From positions 41,788,001-41,852,000 of the forward strand of contig NC_043001.1 of assembly GCF_006345805.1 (NCBI RefSeq): a stretch of DNA of 64,000 nucleotides, written 5' to 3'. Origin of the DNA: Octopus sinensis (Eukaryota). Every line of letters begins with the position of its first letter. Position 1 is the first letter of the stretch. Both the position numbers and the translations under genes were made by a program. Positions 41,361 to 55,448 of the stretch are shown here, in pieces. The notes beneath the pieces were generated by a model that saw only the letters and a program-made list of their open reading frames with translations, was not told the DNA's origin and made no database searches.

Positions 41361-41714
41361 CTGTTGAAACAAAAACAGAAAAATATATTCAAAACAAAAT
41401 ATTTCATTATGATATAAACACACACACATAACACCAGAAGTTCACAGAAGATTTCAAATTCAATACATCTTTAGTAGAGATATTCTCTTAATTCAAAATA
41501 GGGAAGACAATCAAATTGGGAAAATATGAAATGTGGTCAATGGTACCATTCAACAAACATAAGATGAACCAAATTGTAAAATTTTAAATCTACTAATGTT
41601 AGGTGACCATAAAAACATACAAATTTGATATATGTACATACACTTGAAAAGATTAGCATCACAACACTTGTCTTGCTGAGGTCTATCATATGAGGTAAAA
41701 AGAAAAATTTTTAA

Positions 41715-42090
41715 GGTCTGAATTTCATTTTAGGTGTTACCACTTTTTCGGCACATTTGGCCCCAGTAGTTTTTAATTAAAATTTTTTTTATATAATTGG
41801 CATCATCAGATTCCTCTAGTGGAGATCTATCAGAAAAGTTGAATTTAAAGATAATTTCCTTTTGAAATAAGAATAATATTTGGAGTCAAATTTGATTTCA
41901 GGCGTTAATCTTTTTTTGGGGGCTGGTTTTTACCTCAGTACTTTTTTCTACCAAATATTTTTGCATATAAGTAACATGAATAGAGTCCTCTTACCGAGAT
42001 CTATCATATAAGCTAAAATAAAATATAGATTTCTTAAAAAAAAAAAGATGTTTGGACTGAAAGTTGATTTCAGGTGTTACTCTCCTGTTT
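41715..42090. repeat. Degenerate ~170-bp tandem subrepeats (probable DNA-transposon relic)
   Basis: (t)gatttcagg(t/c)gtta-like motif three times and gagatctatca twice. Confidence 0.4.
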
Positions 42091-42526
42091 TTAACCTCAT
42101 ATTTTACTGAAACTCTTTTTTTCTACCAAAGCAATTTTCAAATTTTGTAGCTGAAAATGTAGCTTATGATGTGACCAGTCTAAAAATGTAAACATCATCT
42201 AATTTAGTTAAAAACTGAGTTAGTAACAAAGCCTAGAAGCGGTCGCTAGTGAGTAAATGTTGACCATAAGAATATTATTCATATATGTTAGTGTGTGAAT
42301 GATTCAATACTCTGATACCAACCTCACACTGATTTAGAAGCTATAATTTTCCAGGTAAGCATTTTATGGACAGACATTTCTGGTTGTCAGCTAGTATTTA
42401 AAATGTTTTTAATGATATTTTAAAACCATTGTTGCTTTGTTTGTTTTGGAACTATTGTATGAAAATAAACATTTAACATAAATATTCAATACATGTAATC
42501 ATTAGCAGTAGAGACTAAGATATTAC

Positions 42527-42807
42527 CTGTTATCCAAGAAACATGAGAAGAGTAGGTACGAGACAGCCAGTTGGGTGATACACAATTGTGTAATCCAAGA
42601 GCATAGAGACCAATTTGGAAAGCACATAGATGTAAGTTGCGATGTGGTCCAGTAGGATTGTTGTTATTTGGGGGTCGTGTAAAAAGTGAGGTTGAGCTAT
42701 TACCCCCAGCTTTAAACAAAACATTCTTTGCCAACTCAAACATAAAATGAGCAGAAGCTTCACTTGGCTGATTTGGTGTAGTTGGTATAATTCTTTTTCC
42801 TTTGTAT
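42527..42807 (-). CDS. ZSWIM8: ZSWIM8 exon
   Basis: YKGKR...PNQPSEASAHFMFELAK...AGGNSSTSLFT...HLCAFQIGLYALGLHNCVSPNWLSRTYSSHVSWIT; hallmark ZSWIM8 block; phase 2->1. Confidence 0.96.
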
Positions 42808-45115
42808 CTGAAGAAAAAGATAGAAATCAATAATTGAGTCATCTATATAGATAAAATATGATGAAGACATAAAGGTAGCAATTTAATGACTAGTGAAAAT
42901 GAACCATCCCTTATAATTTCTGAGTAACTTAAATGGTGCTGACAATTAAAAACTATTTTCATTCAATTTCCTGGATGCTCATCAATATGTTTTTTTCTGC
43001 AAATATAATTACTGCTCCATTACAACAGTAACAACAAATTGCTTTAAATAACATGTTAATATTTGTTTCAAGCACTGCTTCTATTCTTTCTTTCATTTCT
43101 TTGACTAATTAAAAAAAAAAAAAAAAACTGTATTACATTTTCTTCAAAAGATTAAGAAATTTGCAAAAAATTGACTTAGAGAAAATAAACTGACATGAAC
43201 TTCTTTCTTCACATTCCTTGTTTCTGAATGAAACGAAACAGCTTGGTGAAAGAATCAACATTTTCTCATTTACTATGGCTACATTTTCTTAAATCCTATG
43301 GTATTTTGACATTATTTACAAATTTGTTTTCAAAGAACCAAAATGTTGCATGTGTAGCTACAGTTAATATGAAAATCAACTATAAGTGTATGTAATATTT
43401 ATGCAGATAAAGACAATACTGCAAACTTATTAAACTAATTTATTTTATTACTGGAATGACTAAATAAGGAAGCGCTATAACTTGAACCCAAAATGATAAT
43501 TGTTACAACCAAGTTCCCAAAACAATTATTTTTGTGCTCAGTTGTGATTTTTTTAACCAAAATTTGAATCAGAAACAAAATGTCATCATTTGGAGATCAT
43601 ACTACCCTTACGGTTTTGTCATAAAAAATTTTGTAGAAAAAAAAAAAGCCAAGTACAAAAAAGCAAATAATTTCAACCCTAGAGGATTCCCCAGATCCCA
43701 CAGGTTACAAAGAGCTTGACACTTTTCTGAAATAATAAAAGGGTAAATAAATGCTTCTAGTAAAGGTTGTACTACTTTTAAGAGGCTATTGATTACAATA
43801 GTAATTGTCGTGATTATATAGAGCAACATTTTTATTACAGCTTGGATAGAGTGTACACATTTTTAGACATTTGTTTATTTCATAAGTTGATGTACTTCAT
43901 GATAACAACCACTTTACTTTTCTCAATATAAATTCAAGTAATTCAATTATTCTACCTGGACTAACAGTAACAATTCAGTGACATACATTCTAATTACTAA
44001 CATGTATGAATAGGGGAACACACACACAATTGCAACTCCCTATTAAAGTGATTATTATGACAAGTATCCACAGGAAATGGATATAACTATTTCAGTTCAT
44101 TGTTGAAATGTAAATCATTGGGGCCATTTATCACTATAAGAGAAGCAATTAGAGAAACAGAATGAGGTATAATTTTGAATGTATATAAAAATACATAAAT
44201 ATCAATGCACTATGCTTAATTTTATAATTATTGAAGTAACACAAGTGAAAATTATATATATAGCATAGCTTATTTACTTTAACAGAATGCAGTGAAAATT
44301 GCAATTGCAATGTAAGATGACAATTTTAAAATACTGGTAAACGTACAGAAAAAGTTAACAAGAGTAGACAACAGAACTTGCGACAAAACAAAATGGAAAG
44401 AGAAAATATAGCAAAAATAACTCGGGGAAATATTTAGAACTTTATAGTATATGCAAGAAGAGAAAACTGCAACAATCTTTCGATGAATCACAACAATATA
44501 TAAATATAACAGAATTTGTTATGAGTTTAAGTAATGAATTTACATTGAACAAGAAAATAGTACTTGACAACTTAGAAGTAACAACGCTTGAGAAGACAAA
44601 TGTAAAGTTACTAATCAATATGAAAAGATTTAAGAGCCACATTTTACAACTTTCAAAGCAAATGGAATAATGAGCATAAGCAATAGCTACAGGAAAATGT
44701 AATAATGGTATTTCATTAGATATTATATGTGAATTGTGAAAGTTTAAAAAGACATTGTTACACTGTGACTGTAACAACTTTTGTATCCATCAAAATGGAA
44801 GAAAATAGTTTGATTATATGTTTTTATTACACTAAAATCCTCACTATATTATTTGATGAACTGTCATTCAGTTTCCTGAATGGTACTGCAAAATTTATTT
44901 TTGGACATCTCAAATGCTGTGCAGCAGATGTTCAAGGTCATATGAAAAACACACTTACTATATGCAGGTGAGATATTTTCCTCTGATATATGAATATATC
45001 TCCATTTTCAAAAAAGGTTTTTATTAGAAAAATGTTTCATGAAACATTGCTTAATGGACCAATTTTTGAGAACTGAACTTTTCGATTAATCAGGGGCCAC
45101 CCATTCTGGACTAAC

Positions 45116-45199
45116 CTGATAGTCTTCATATTAGTAGATGGCATTCTTGTATCAATAAGAACTAAGGAAGTGATCCTGGCCAGAAATGGATTTGTGAGA
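45116..45199 (-). CDS. ZSWIM8: Probable 84-nt symmetric ZSWIM8 exon
   Basis: ttgttttctgtttcag|...ATCAG|gttagt; phase 2->2; open frame LTNPFLARITSLVLIDTRMPSTNMKTI. Confidence 0.65.
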
Positions 45200-46497
45200 C
45201 TGAAACAGAAAACAAGACAGAGAATAAACTGAAGCTGAATTTTCTTTGGAGAAAATATTTCGCAAAGATTTTGTAGTAATCAGGGGAGAGTGCATAAATG
45301 TCAAGTATGCATTCTTAACATGACGCAATCAATTAAGACAGCTTAATGTCAATACCTGGACATATTGACTGCTAAACTTCAATTAGCATTATTAAATGTC
45401 AGCTTTGACCAAATAGACTGAAGAGACTATAGAGCTTGACCACATAAAATATCAGCGGGAGATAATAACAAACAGAAAGAAGAGTAATTCATTTGCATGA
45501 CAAATTTTGTGTACCTGAATGGTGAAAGAGTGAACTGTAACAAAAAGCAATTTCAATCTCAAATGAGACTTTATTAGATTTATATTGATCATAAGTTGAA
45601 GAATGAAGGACTTGCAACATAATTTTCAGCACCACATAAGGCATTACAAATTTATATATATATAAAGTAGATTTTAAGAATATAAAATGGCTACCTTTAA
45701 ATATTTTTCTATGAAGGGGATCACCAGAAAAAGTCTCTAAGATTAGTATTGTGTTAATAAAAGTTGTTTTGTAAAACATTTCACTTTTAAAACAAAACTA
45801 ATATCTTAGCTTGGTGACAGTCCTAAGCTAGGAATCTGAAACACTAATTCTAAATAATATTTAACTGATGGTTTATATAACACAACAGAAGTATTTAAAT
45901 TATCCTAACCATCCTCATCATCAAAATATCAATTGCATACTGATTGAACTTGCTTCTATAAAACTTCAGAAGCCAACATTCAACTGATTAGGTTAAACCA
46001 TTGCACTAGAGTTCAAGAACATTTGTGAATGTGTTCTAACTAAAAGTAGACCAGTGGAGTTAAGTAGATACCGTAAACCTCTGCCCCCAAACAAACACAC
46101 ACACACACAATCATAAAGACAAAACTCCAAGGCAAAAAGTTTAATAACATCTGTCTATTTATGCTATGAGAATATGAATGACAAAAAATCAGAAGAATGT
46201 CCTAATCAGAACAACACTGATGTTAAACTGTGTAAAAAGCTGCAAATATTGTGGGATGGGTATAGGTATTTAGTCAGCCTACTATACTTTACTGGTACTA
46301 ATTTTATCGTCCCAACTAAATGGGTGAAAAGCAAAGTTGACCATCACAGGATTTGAACACAAAATGTAAAGGAATGTGACTAAATGCTGCAGAGCTTTTT
46401 GTTTGACTCTAGTGATTCTCTCATTCATGAACTTTGTAATCAGTATTCTAATGATAAGTGATACTAATTAGCAATATGAATGAGAATAGCTAACTAG

Positions 46498-46830
46498 GCA
46501 TAGGCGTAACTGTGTGGTAAGATGCTCCTTTCCCAACCACATGGTTCTGGGTTCAGTCCCACTGTATGCCACCCTGGGCAAGTGTCTTCTTCAGACTTGT
46601 GAGTGGATTTGGTAGATGGAAACTGAAAGAAGCCTATCGTGTGTGTGTGTGTGTATTTGTTCCCCACCACCACTTGACAACCAGTGCTGGTGTGTTTACA
46701 TCCCCATAACTTAGCAGTTCAGCAAAAGAGACCGATAGAATAAGTACCAGGTTTAAAAAAAAAGTATTAAGGTTGATTCATTTGACTAAAAATTCTTGAA
46801 GGCAGTGCCCCAGTAAAATGACTGAAACAA
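46498..46830 (+). mobile_element. tRNA-derived SINE
   Basis: Head ggcataggcgtaactgtgtggtaag...gggttcagtcccactg; tail tgactgaaacaa. Confidence 0.8.
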
Positions 46831-46985
46831 TTATAAAAAAAATAAAAGATAGTTTAATGTCTTAGAAAATAGCCATTGTATTAAATGTGTGTAAATAATC
46901 TCGATTAAAAAGCAAATGATTTTAGAAGAAAAATGTTTGTGTGTATGCATGCACAAACATGAGACATAATTCAATATATTATTAC

Positions 46986-47184
46986 CTTTCATTCTCTCTA
47001 ACTTTGTTACAGTTAACAGCAACTTTTTCCTCGGAACTACTAGACCCAAGTGAATCACTACTCTTACCACTGCTACCACTGTCACTGCCTGGCCCTTGAT
47101 GCTTTGACCAACTGCGACGTATCAGAGTAGGGGAGTTATCACTTGAGGTTGTTTCTGGTGCACTGCTATCAATACTAGCCATAC
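46986..47184 (-). CDS. ZSWIM8: ZSWIM8 exon
   Basis: MASIDSSAPETTSSDNSPTL...SSDSLGSSSS; phase 1->2. Confidence 0.93.
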
Positions 47185-48859
47185 CTGGAAATATTAGGGG
47201 GGAAAAAAAAAAAAAAAAAAAAAAGAAAAATTCATAAAATAAGTAGCAGATTAAAATAAGTAATGGATACAACTAAAATTCTTGAAAGCAGTGTCCTCAC
47301 ATAGCTGCAGTCCAATGACTGAAAGAAGTAACAGACTAAGTTCCATTAAAAAGATTTATGTACAAAAGTTAAAGACGTCTGAAGTTGATAAATTTTATAA
47401 AAGCAAGATGTCAGTTTATACATGGTGACTTTAAAATAATCCTATCAAAAATTAAACATTCAAGTGAGATGTGATCCTCCAAACTACCTAGGAGGGCAAT
47501 AACTCTGGAAATGGACTCAAGCAGTCACAACCTGTTCAACATAAAATGATGAAAATTATATACACACACACACATCAATATATAGGGAAACAATATAATT
47601 GTTACATTTATAATTTTACAAAGGTTTATATATACAAGTGTAGCCATACCCATGGACTGAAATGAAGAGAGAGCTTGATTTATTTCAGTTTCTTTAGGCA
47701 TTATTTTCAAAGTTACTCTCTTTCCAAGAAGGCATTAACCTTTTTGTTACTATATTTGAACTAAAATACACCTTTGTGTTAAGTTTTTCTTATTTAATAT
47801 AATTATAATGTTTGGCATGCAAGAAACGGTTAAATGCAAGTAAAATTAGGGGAATGCATAAAGTTACTCAAATTTTGTTTATATCACCATATAAAATGAG
47901 TTATAAACTAGTATTATGTTATGTAGCATACTAAATTATATTTATTATTATTTTTACAGTAAAAATACCCTAATCGCATTCAGTTTGTTCCCTTTTTTCC
48001 TTTGTTTATATTTTGTAAAACAATAAGTTTCCAAAGTTATGGGGAACACTTGAATTAGAAAAAAACAAGAAAATAATCAATGAGTATGAATGGGACAGAT
48101 TTTGGAAGATAAATATTTTTATAAGTTTTCTTCATTCTTCATTTGAAAATCATTGCTTTCAATGTAGCTGTTCATCACTATTGGAAATAACCTAGTGTTA
48201 AGTTTGCCATGTGTTATGCTTGTGGCATTCAAACACCATTCAAACTCAGAGTTTCTATTACTAAATCTGAAGCTCATATACTTCCATCTATTTTTCAAAA
48301 AGAGTACAATATAAGAAGATTAACGTCATTTCCCAGCAAAAACAGGGTTTAGCCTTGCAGGGCACCAAAAATCTTATCTCATAGCACTTTCACACATGCA
48401 GCACACGTCTGCTCTTCAGTTTCAGTGATCTTCCCCTCCTCCTCATTAGCACACCAATTATTTCCCGAAACTTCTCCATGTGGCTCTCAATTTCACCACC
48501 ACTGTCGAGTCTAATCCAGCTTCTTTATTCAGTATATCTTCTAGTAACTAAATGTTGGCACAACTTCCATCTTCATGCCATTTCCTAGATCCATTTCAAC
48601 ATTCCCATCATCTGCAATTTCCTCCATACACACTTTATACTAATGTGTAGCTGCCATGTCAGTTAATAACCTTCTCAAATTCACTACATTTCTGATGAAC
48701 CAGCCAAGCACATATTGTACATTGAATGGAGTTTTTTCTACACCTTTCCTGCACTCTATCACTTCCCTGGTCTGTCCACCTTACTATTTGCCTTTACCTT
48801 GTTTTTTCAATATTCACCTCAGTACTTTTTGCAGTTATACATTCCTTCAGAGGTTAGTG

Positions 48860-49390
48860 TACTCAACTGGATGTGTAGTGTAAGTGTACATGTGTGACAG
48901 AGTACTAGTGTGCTGAGAGAAAAGTTAGGCATAAGTGGATTTAGATGGAATGTGCAAGAGAGCAGACTGTGCTAGTTTGGCCATGTAACATGGATGGATG
49001 TTGATAGCTCCATAAAAAAGAGCTGATCACTCAAAGTGGATGGAACTCGTGGCAGAGGGAGATCCAAGGAAGACACGGGACAAAGTACTGAAGGATAACC
49101 TCAAGACACTGATCCTTATGGAGATGACAAAGGACCAACATATCTAGTGACTTGCTGTACTCAAGAAGATCTGTCCTCCACAGCAGAAGTGTTAATGCTG
49201 CTCTTACTGATGAAGGGGATTAGCCTGCAAGAGCCCTGTGCCAGTTCCACATAAAAGCACTCAGAACATGCTGTAAAGTGTTTGGTGTTAGAAAGGCCAT
49301 CCAGCTATTGAAACCAAGGCAGAACAGAGAACTGGAGCAGCTCTCCTGTTTGCCAACTCTGGTCAAACCATCCAACCCATGCCAGGATTC
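48860..49390 (+). mobile_element. RTE LINE 3' fragment
   Basis: GTRGRGRSKKT-like coding end plus 3' UTR homologous to 14520-15150. Confidence 0.7.
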
Positions 49391-49936
49391 TCATTCAAAC
49401 CATGCATACTTCCTGCAATAAATACCAAATAATTTGTATACAGCAACTCCAGGGTAAATCCTCCAGTATGCCTTATATCAGTACGTCTATCTCAAACACA
49501 AGTAGAGCAAATCTATACTGACTATGAGGACCAGAGAGATGAAATGTTCAGGATTGCAAAACAGTGTATCAAAGAAAATTGAGATATTGTGGGAGAGCAG
49601 AGTGTGTGGATGAATAATGGTTCACTTGCACATAATGATGATGAAAAGAAAAGTGTGCATATGCTACTATAATATGAAAGGCTATTAAATGTTGAGAAAG
49701 CATGGGAGAAAGAATCTTCATGTAAACCTGATAGAGAGATGAGCCATTATAGTTGAGAGTAATATAAAACAAAGATATGAAGAGAGAGCATGTGGGTTCT
49801 TTTGCAACATACAACTACAGATAGTTACAAGCATTATGGTAAGAAGTTAAGGAATAAAGTGAGTTGAATAAGCACTCTCAAGTTATATGTTACAAACACA
49901 CCTTATAGCACCCTAATGCATATATCAAATTCATAC

Positions 49937-50040
49937 CTTGTGATGGTTTCTTCCTTAAAGTCATACAGCGTATACGAGCCTCAAGTGCTTTCAAATCATC
50001 TCCATCTTCTTCCAAAGCTGAACTGTCAGTATCTTTGCCA
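49937..50040 (-). CDS. ZSWIM8: ZSWIM8 exon
   Basis: GKDTDSSALEEDGDDLKALEARIRCMTLRKKPSQ; phase 2->1 bridges the flanking exons. Confidence 0.85.
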
Positions 50041-50604
50041 CTAAAGCAGACAGAAAGAGAGAGAATTTAATTTAACCAAAAGAAAATGAAAATTTCAGCA
50101 GTAAAAATTTAGATGTAAAATGAACGAATGAATTCTGCTCTTTTATATGAGCTTCAGATTTAGTAACAAACAACTCTGAATGAATTTTGAATGCTACAAA
50201 TAAAAAATGCATCAAGTATAATACATGGTTGATTCAATTTCCAATAGTGCAGTCAATGTTGGATAACAGTACTGACAACAATGATTTGCAGAAAGAGAAT
50301 GGAGAGTGAAAAACTTTAAAAATATTTTTCTCCCAAAATTTTCAAAAGAAATCAGGCCTAATCAGTCACACTCATGACTCATTATCAGTGACTGTTCATT
50401 TTCATGTATTCCAATTTGTGTTCATATAATATCAGTGGAGACAAACTGTTGTGCAAAATGCAAATAAAAGGAAAACCATGTTAATAAACTTTGACATGCT
50501 AATTTTAATTTCTTGAAATGATTTCTCTTTGTTTTTGAGAATCACTAATAATTGCTAAGTTTTATTTTCTTTCTCCAACAAAGAGCAACATTTCAATACT
50601 CATT

Positions 50605-50794
50605 ACACTCTTTTACTTGTTTCAGTCATTTGACTGCGGCCATGCTGGAGCACCGCCTTTAGTTGAGCAAATCGACCCCGGGACTTATTCTTTGTAAGCC
50701 CAGTACTTATTCTATCGGTCTCTTTTGCCAAACCGCTAAGTGATGGGGACGTAAACACACCAGCACCGGTTGCCACACAATGCTAGGGGGACAA

Positions 50795-50835
<41 letters not shown>

Positions 50836-51001
50836 TACGACGGGCTTCTTTCAGTTTCCGTCTACCAAATCCACTCACAAGGCTTTGGTTGGCCCGAGGC
50901 TATAGTAGAAGACACTTGCCCAAGATGCCACGCAGTGGGACTGAACCCGGAACCATGTGGTTGGTAAGCAAGCTACTTACCACACAGCCACTCCTGCGCC
51001 T
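50605..51001 (-). mobile_element. Full-length, well-preserved tRNA-derived SINE
   Basis: Head GGCGCAGGAGTGGCTGTGTGGTAAG...GGTTCAGTCCC on the minus strand, central (CA/TA)n, tail ...AAACAAGTAAAAGAGT. Confidence 0.85.
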
Positions 51002-51376
51002 ATAAAGAATAAAGAATCTTTTTGTGCAAAATTGCATTACTCACAAACTTCTTTTCCCCAATTTATGCCATTTGCTCAGTTATGTCCACAATTGACTTTT
51101 GCCAGTAAAGATCACACTTTCTTTCCCCTAAGCATGTAAATTAACATTGAAAAATTAATTATGAATTTCTTTCCTTTTCTTTGAGAGTTGCTAACATCTG
51201 TAACTAATTATTATAATTATGGAATTAAAAAAAAACAAACAATTTTTAAAATATAACACAAAAATGATTCTCCCAAAATAGACAAGTTTCAAGATGTAAT
51301 TTCAAAACAAAATCTCTTGTCAAATACATTTCAAAGAAATCAGAAGAAATTCTCATCATATAAGTAAACATTTTAC

Positions 51377-51894
51377 CTGTTATATTTAAGAGAATACATG
51401 GTTTTTGGTCGGGCACCTGTACTATGATTGCTTGTTGCTTGTCCTTGTTCAAGGTTGAGATAGTCAAGTCTCTGTGCTGGAGAATTTTGCCATCCACTCT
51501 GATCGGGATCACCGCCCACAGAACCTGATGAACCCATAAGCATGCCTGATTGAGGTAAATCAAGCCGTCCAGCAGAAGAAGCTGAGTGACTGCTGATGGT
51601 GTTTGTAGTGGAGACTGCAGCTGCCGTAACAGTTGTTGTACTGCTGTCGTCTTCTTTTACATGCTGTTGACTTGATGATGATGATGATGTTGATGAGTGT
51701 TGAGTTGAAGATGATTTACTACTGGTAGTGTTGGGATCACTGCAAGAACCAAATTTGGTGCGTTTAGCTCCAGCCTCAGTACTTCCAGTTGTTGATGATG
51801 ACTGATGGCTACCAGATTTATTGGATAAATAAGTTGACAAACTGGGGGCTTTATACATTTGATGAACTTCTTTGTCAAGTAATTTGTCAATAAT
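51377..51894 (-). CDS. ZSWIM8: ZSWIM8 exon
   Basis: IIDKLLDKEVHQMYK then S/T-rich; phase 0->2. Confidence 0.9.
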
Positions 51895-52535
51895 CTGCAA
51901 GTCAAATCAAAAAAAAAAATTGTTAATCTTTACTATTATTATTCAAAACTTTAAATATAGAGAAAACTAATTATAAATTAACCTATACCTAGTTTACACA
52001 GTGAATTGATAATTATCACACCTTTGCTTAGAGGGTATGTAAAACACATGTGAAATTTTTGATTCTCAAAAACATTCCCTATCTCTCTCTTTCGGAGAGG
52101 TACAAGCACCTACACGCACATATACACACATGGCAGTAACTTCCACCTACCGAATTCAATCACAAAGCTTCGGTCGGCTCAAGGCTATAGTGGAAGACAC
52201 CTACCCAAAGTGCCACGCAGTGGGACTGAACCCGAAACCATGTAGCTAGGAAGCAAGCTCCCTAACCACACAGCCATGCTTGCGCCTTTCCTATTAGTCT
52301 TTAAATATAAAATATAATAATATAAAATTCAAACACAATTGTAGCTGGGTAGCTCATTTGTAGAGGATGTAAAACCATGAAATACTTTAATCTTGATATT
52401 AGGTACCCACCAAAACATTCTGAAAGTGCTGTTATGGTAATGTATTATCATTCCAAAAGTTTTAAATACACATATGTGTACACACACACACACAAACTTC
52501 AATATTTTGATTTTCTAATGGCACAAAAATCTTAC

Positions 52536-52660
52536 CTTACTCAACTTCGCCTGGTCATCCTTGTAATGAACAAGCATTGTAATAGCTAAATCTCCACGCT
52601 GTCTACGAGTCCCTTCACATAGAAGAGGATGTTCTGCTTCTGAAACATTGGCTTTCAAAC
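52536..52660 (-). CDS. ZSWIM8: ZSWIM8 exon
   Basis: LKANVSEAEHPLLCEGTRRQRGDLAITMLVHYKDDQAKLSK; phase 1->0. Confidence 0.95.
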
Positions 52661-53175
52661 CTATGTACAAAATTAAAAAGTGGTCAAAAAGGAGTCATAG
52701 TGAATTGATTTAAGCTCCTATTCACTTCTTCCTAGAGTTAAAACTTCTTTTTAGTTCTGGTATATTTTATCAGAACTTATTGCTCTATAAGAGGTGAATG
52801 AAAGATTAAATCAAATAAGACTAGATTTGAATAAAGAAATAGGAATTTGAATTACATATCATAAAGCATTTTCTTTATACTGTGAACCATATGAATAACC
52901 TTTGCAAATTAGCATTGTAGAAATTTTTTGATAAAAATAAAAATTTATAATGTAAAGTCATGCTGCATTCAATAGTTAAAAATGCATGTTTAAAAAAAAG
53001 AATAAAAGTTATTTTGCAGTAATTTTTATGTAGAACAAAAAAATTTTTTGACAGGACAAGAGATAAAGGATTTGTGATTTTACAAAATTGTTATCTGAAT
53101 AATATTTAGATGATAATAGCATTAATTTGAAATGAAATCTAGCAAAACAAAATTTTTCTATTAGGCAAAACATAC

Positions 53176-53289
53176 CAAGAGCAGCAACAGCAGCCTCAAA
53201 TCCAAGTTTTTCATATGATGGTAATTTTGTTAGTACTTGACTTTGTGACCTGTTAGGTGATTTGCCATTGTTACCACAAGCTGGACTTG
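53176..53289 (-). CDS. ZSWIM8: ZSWIM8 exon
   Basis: ...EKLGFEAAVAAL; phase 1->1. Confidence 0.92.
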
Positions 53290-53432
53290 CTGTTGAAAAG
53301 AGAAAGAAAAACAATAAAATGCACTATGTCTTTTGGAAGAATCAGTATTGACTGGATACGTTACTGCATTATCTTTTGTTAATTCAAAAATATTTTGTAG
53401 AGTACAAACATCAAGCTGTGTAAAGAGCTTAC

Positions 53433-53619
53433 CTGGCATACAGAAGAGGTCAAATATAAAACTAGCCAAAGTGAGAGGCAGGAGGGCTTCACCTCGTGAT
53501 TGTAATTTGCCATCCCGAAGTTGCTCTGCTTTTTCCCTCAAAATATTCAGTTCTGATTGACCCAGTGGGATCTTCTTCAATAAAGTCAATAATTCAGACT
53601 CCTGGTAGGCTAATTTTAC
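53433..53619 (-). CDS. ZSWIM8: ZSWIM8 exon
   Basis: VKLAYQESELLTLLKKIPLG...LPLTLASFIFD; phase 0->1. Confidence 0.94.
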
Positions 53620-54359
53620 CTGAAATACATAAATATCTCATTTTCATTATTGTTGCTGTTTTCTATAGTGATCATATTATTTTCACTACCTTACTTCAAT
53701 ATGCACTGTGTTCTCATAGCAAATCTTAGATTAATGGCTATTTGTAAGGAATACTAAGTGTTTATTTTGTTAGCAATCGTTTTGAAAGAAGATAATTTAT
53801 TTTCAGGAATAGTGTATTCCAGACAACATTATTTGATTTGTTCTTTTAGAAGATAATAGGCTGTGGTCTGAGGAAGATTTGAGTATCATTTCTGGTAGAC
53901 TGAGTGACCCATTACAAATTCCCTTGTTGATTTGATTGAATATAAATAATTTTTGTAAGTGATTTGAGATAAATACAGTTTTGTTAAAAATGCATGCAGA
54001 GAAAAGAATGATTGCAGTTCTTTTTGCATCATGTTTAAAATTTGTTTTTTTAAAAATTATGCTATAAGAATAAAATGGATATAGTTCAATAACTATATGT
54101 ACAAGAGATATTCCACCTACTCCTTTCAACAAATTGTTGAAAGATTACTTCTGCACACTTTTCTTTAATGGCGAATTAAAAAAAAAAACTGTGGGATTAA
54201 GCCTGTTAATGCTTAGTTTGAATTCTCTAATAGTTCCAGAGATTTAATTGTGAGGATTATCTAATGGAAGATTCCCTAAATTTTATGAGACCAGAGACAC
54301 AGAAGGGCGTTGAAAGTATATGGAAGGCCAGATTGAAAATAATCTTGTATTTTATTGTT

Positions 54360-55045
54360 CATCATCATCATCGTCCACTTTCCATGCTAGCATGGGTTCG
54401 ACGAATGACTGAGGGCTGGCGAACTAGATGGCTGCACCAGGCTTCAATCTTGATCTGGCAGAGTTGGATGCCCTTCCTAACGCCAACCACTCTGAGAGTG
54501 TAGTGGGTGCTTTTACGTGCTGGTCAGACGGTATTGGCAACGACCTCACTCGAATCTTTTACTCATGCCACCGGCACAGGTGCCAGTAAGGCGATGCAGG
54601 TAACGATTACGCTCGAATGGTGTCTTTACATGCCACCAGCATGGAGGCCAGATGGCCGCTCTGGCAAAGATCATGCTCGGATGGTGCTCTTAATACCCTA
54701 CTAGCACGGGTCTCGAGTGCCAGTAAAGTGACACTGGTAATGATCACGCTCGAATGGGGCCTTTTAAGTTTGAAGGTTGTGCTTCACTTCATCCCAGGTC
54801 TTCCTGGGTCTACCTCTTCCATGGGTTCCCTCATCCATTCTCACCACATGACCATACCAGCGCAGTCGTCTCTCTTGTACACCACATCTGATGCTTCTTA
54901 GGTCCAACATTTTTTTCAAGGTACTTACACTCTGTTGAGTATGCACACTGACATTGCACATCCATCGGATCATACTGGCTTCATTCCTTGTGAGCTTACG
55001 CATGTCCTCAGCAGTCACAGCCCATGTTTCACTGCCATGTAGCAG
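54360..55045 (-). mobile_element. RTE LINE 3' end with 3' UTR minisatellite
   Basis: RNEASMIRWMC...RRLRWYGHV...GRGRPRKTW; (CAT)n on the + strand. Confidence 0.85.
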
Positions 55046-55272
55046 TGTTCATTAAAATTTATATTTTATAGTGTTAACTGGGGGAGATCAAATCATCCCT
55101 TAGTCAGTCTCCCAGTTAACAATTAACTCAGTTTGTGACTTTTGCACTTGAAATTGGTACATGTTGTATCAACCTAGAACAATTCATTGCATAAACAGAA
55201 AAAGTTGAAGATTAGAGAAAAAAAAGCAAAAAAAACCTCAGCAACAACAAAAATGTAGCATGAATATCATAC

Positions 55273-55448
55273 CTCCAAAACTTTGTTAGATGCAGGAGGC
55301 CGAGGCATTTCTAAGCCAAACATAGCAATGTTGAAGGCTAATGGATAACAGTCAGGGTCTTCAGAGAGCACATTACACAAGAATGCAGCTTTTGCAAGAG
55401 TTTGACTAGCTAACAGACTAACACTATTTTGCAGCTTCTTCTTCTTTC
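55273..55448 (-). CDS. ZSWIM8: ZSWIM8 exon
   Basis: KKKK...TLAKAAFLCNVLSE...AMFGLEMPRPPASNKVLE; phase 1->0. Confidence 0.93.

Noticed and set aside
49205-49245. CTGATGA hammerhead-like core
   Set aside because: No GAAA or stem III follows.
53803-54132. 109-aa intronic ORF as an extra ZSWIM8 exon
   Set aside because: The flanking exons join in frame with a conserved junction (VLE|VKLAYQE); no homology and it ends in a stop.
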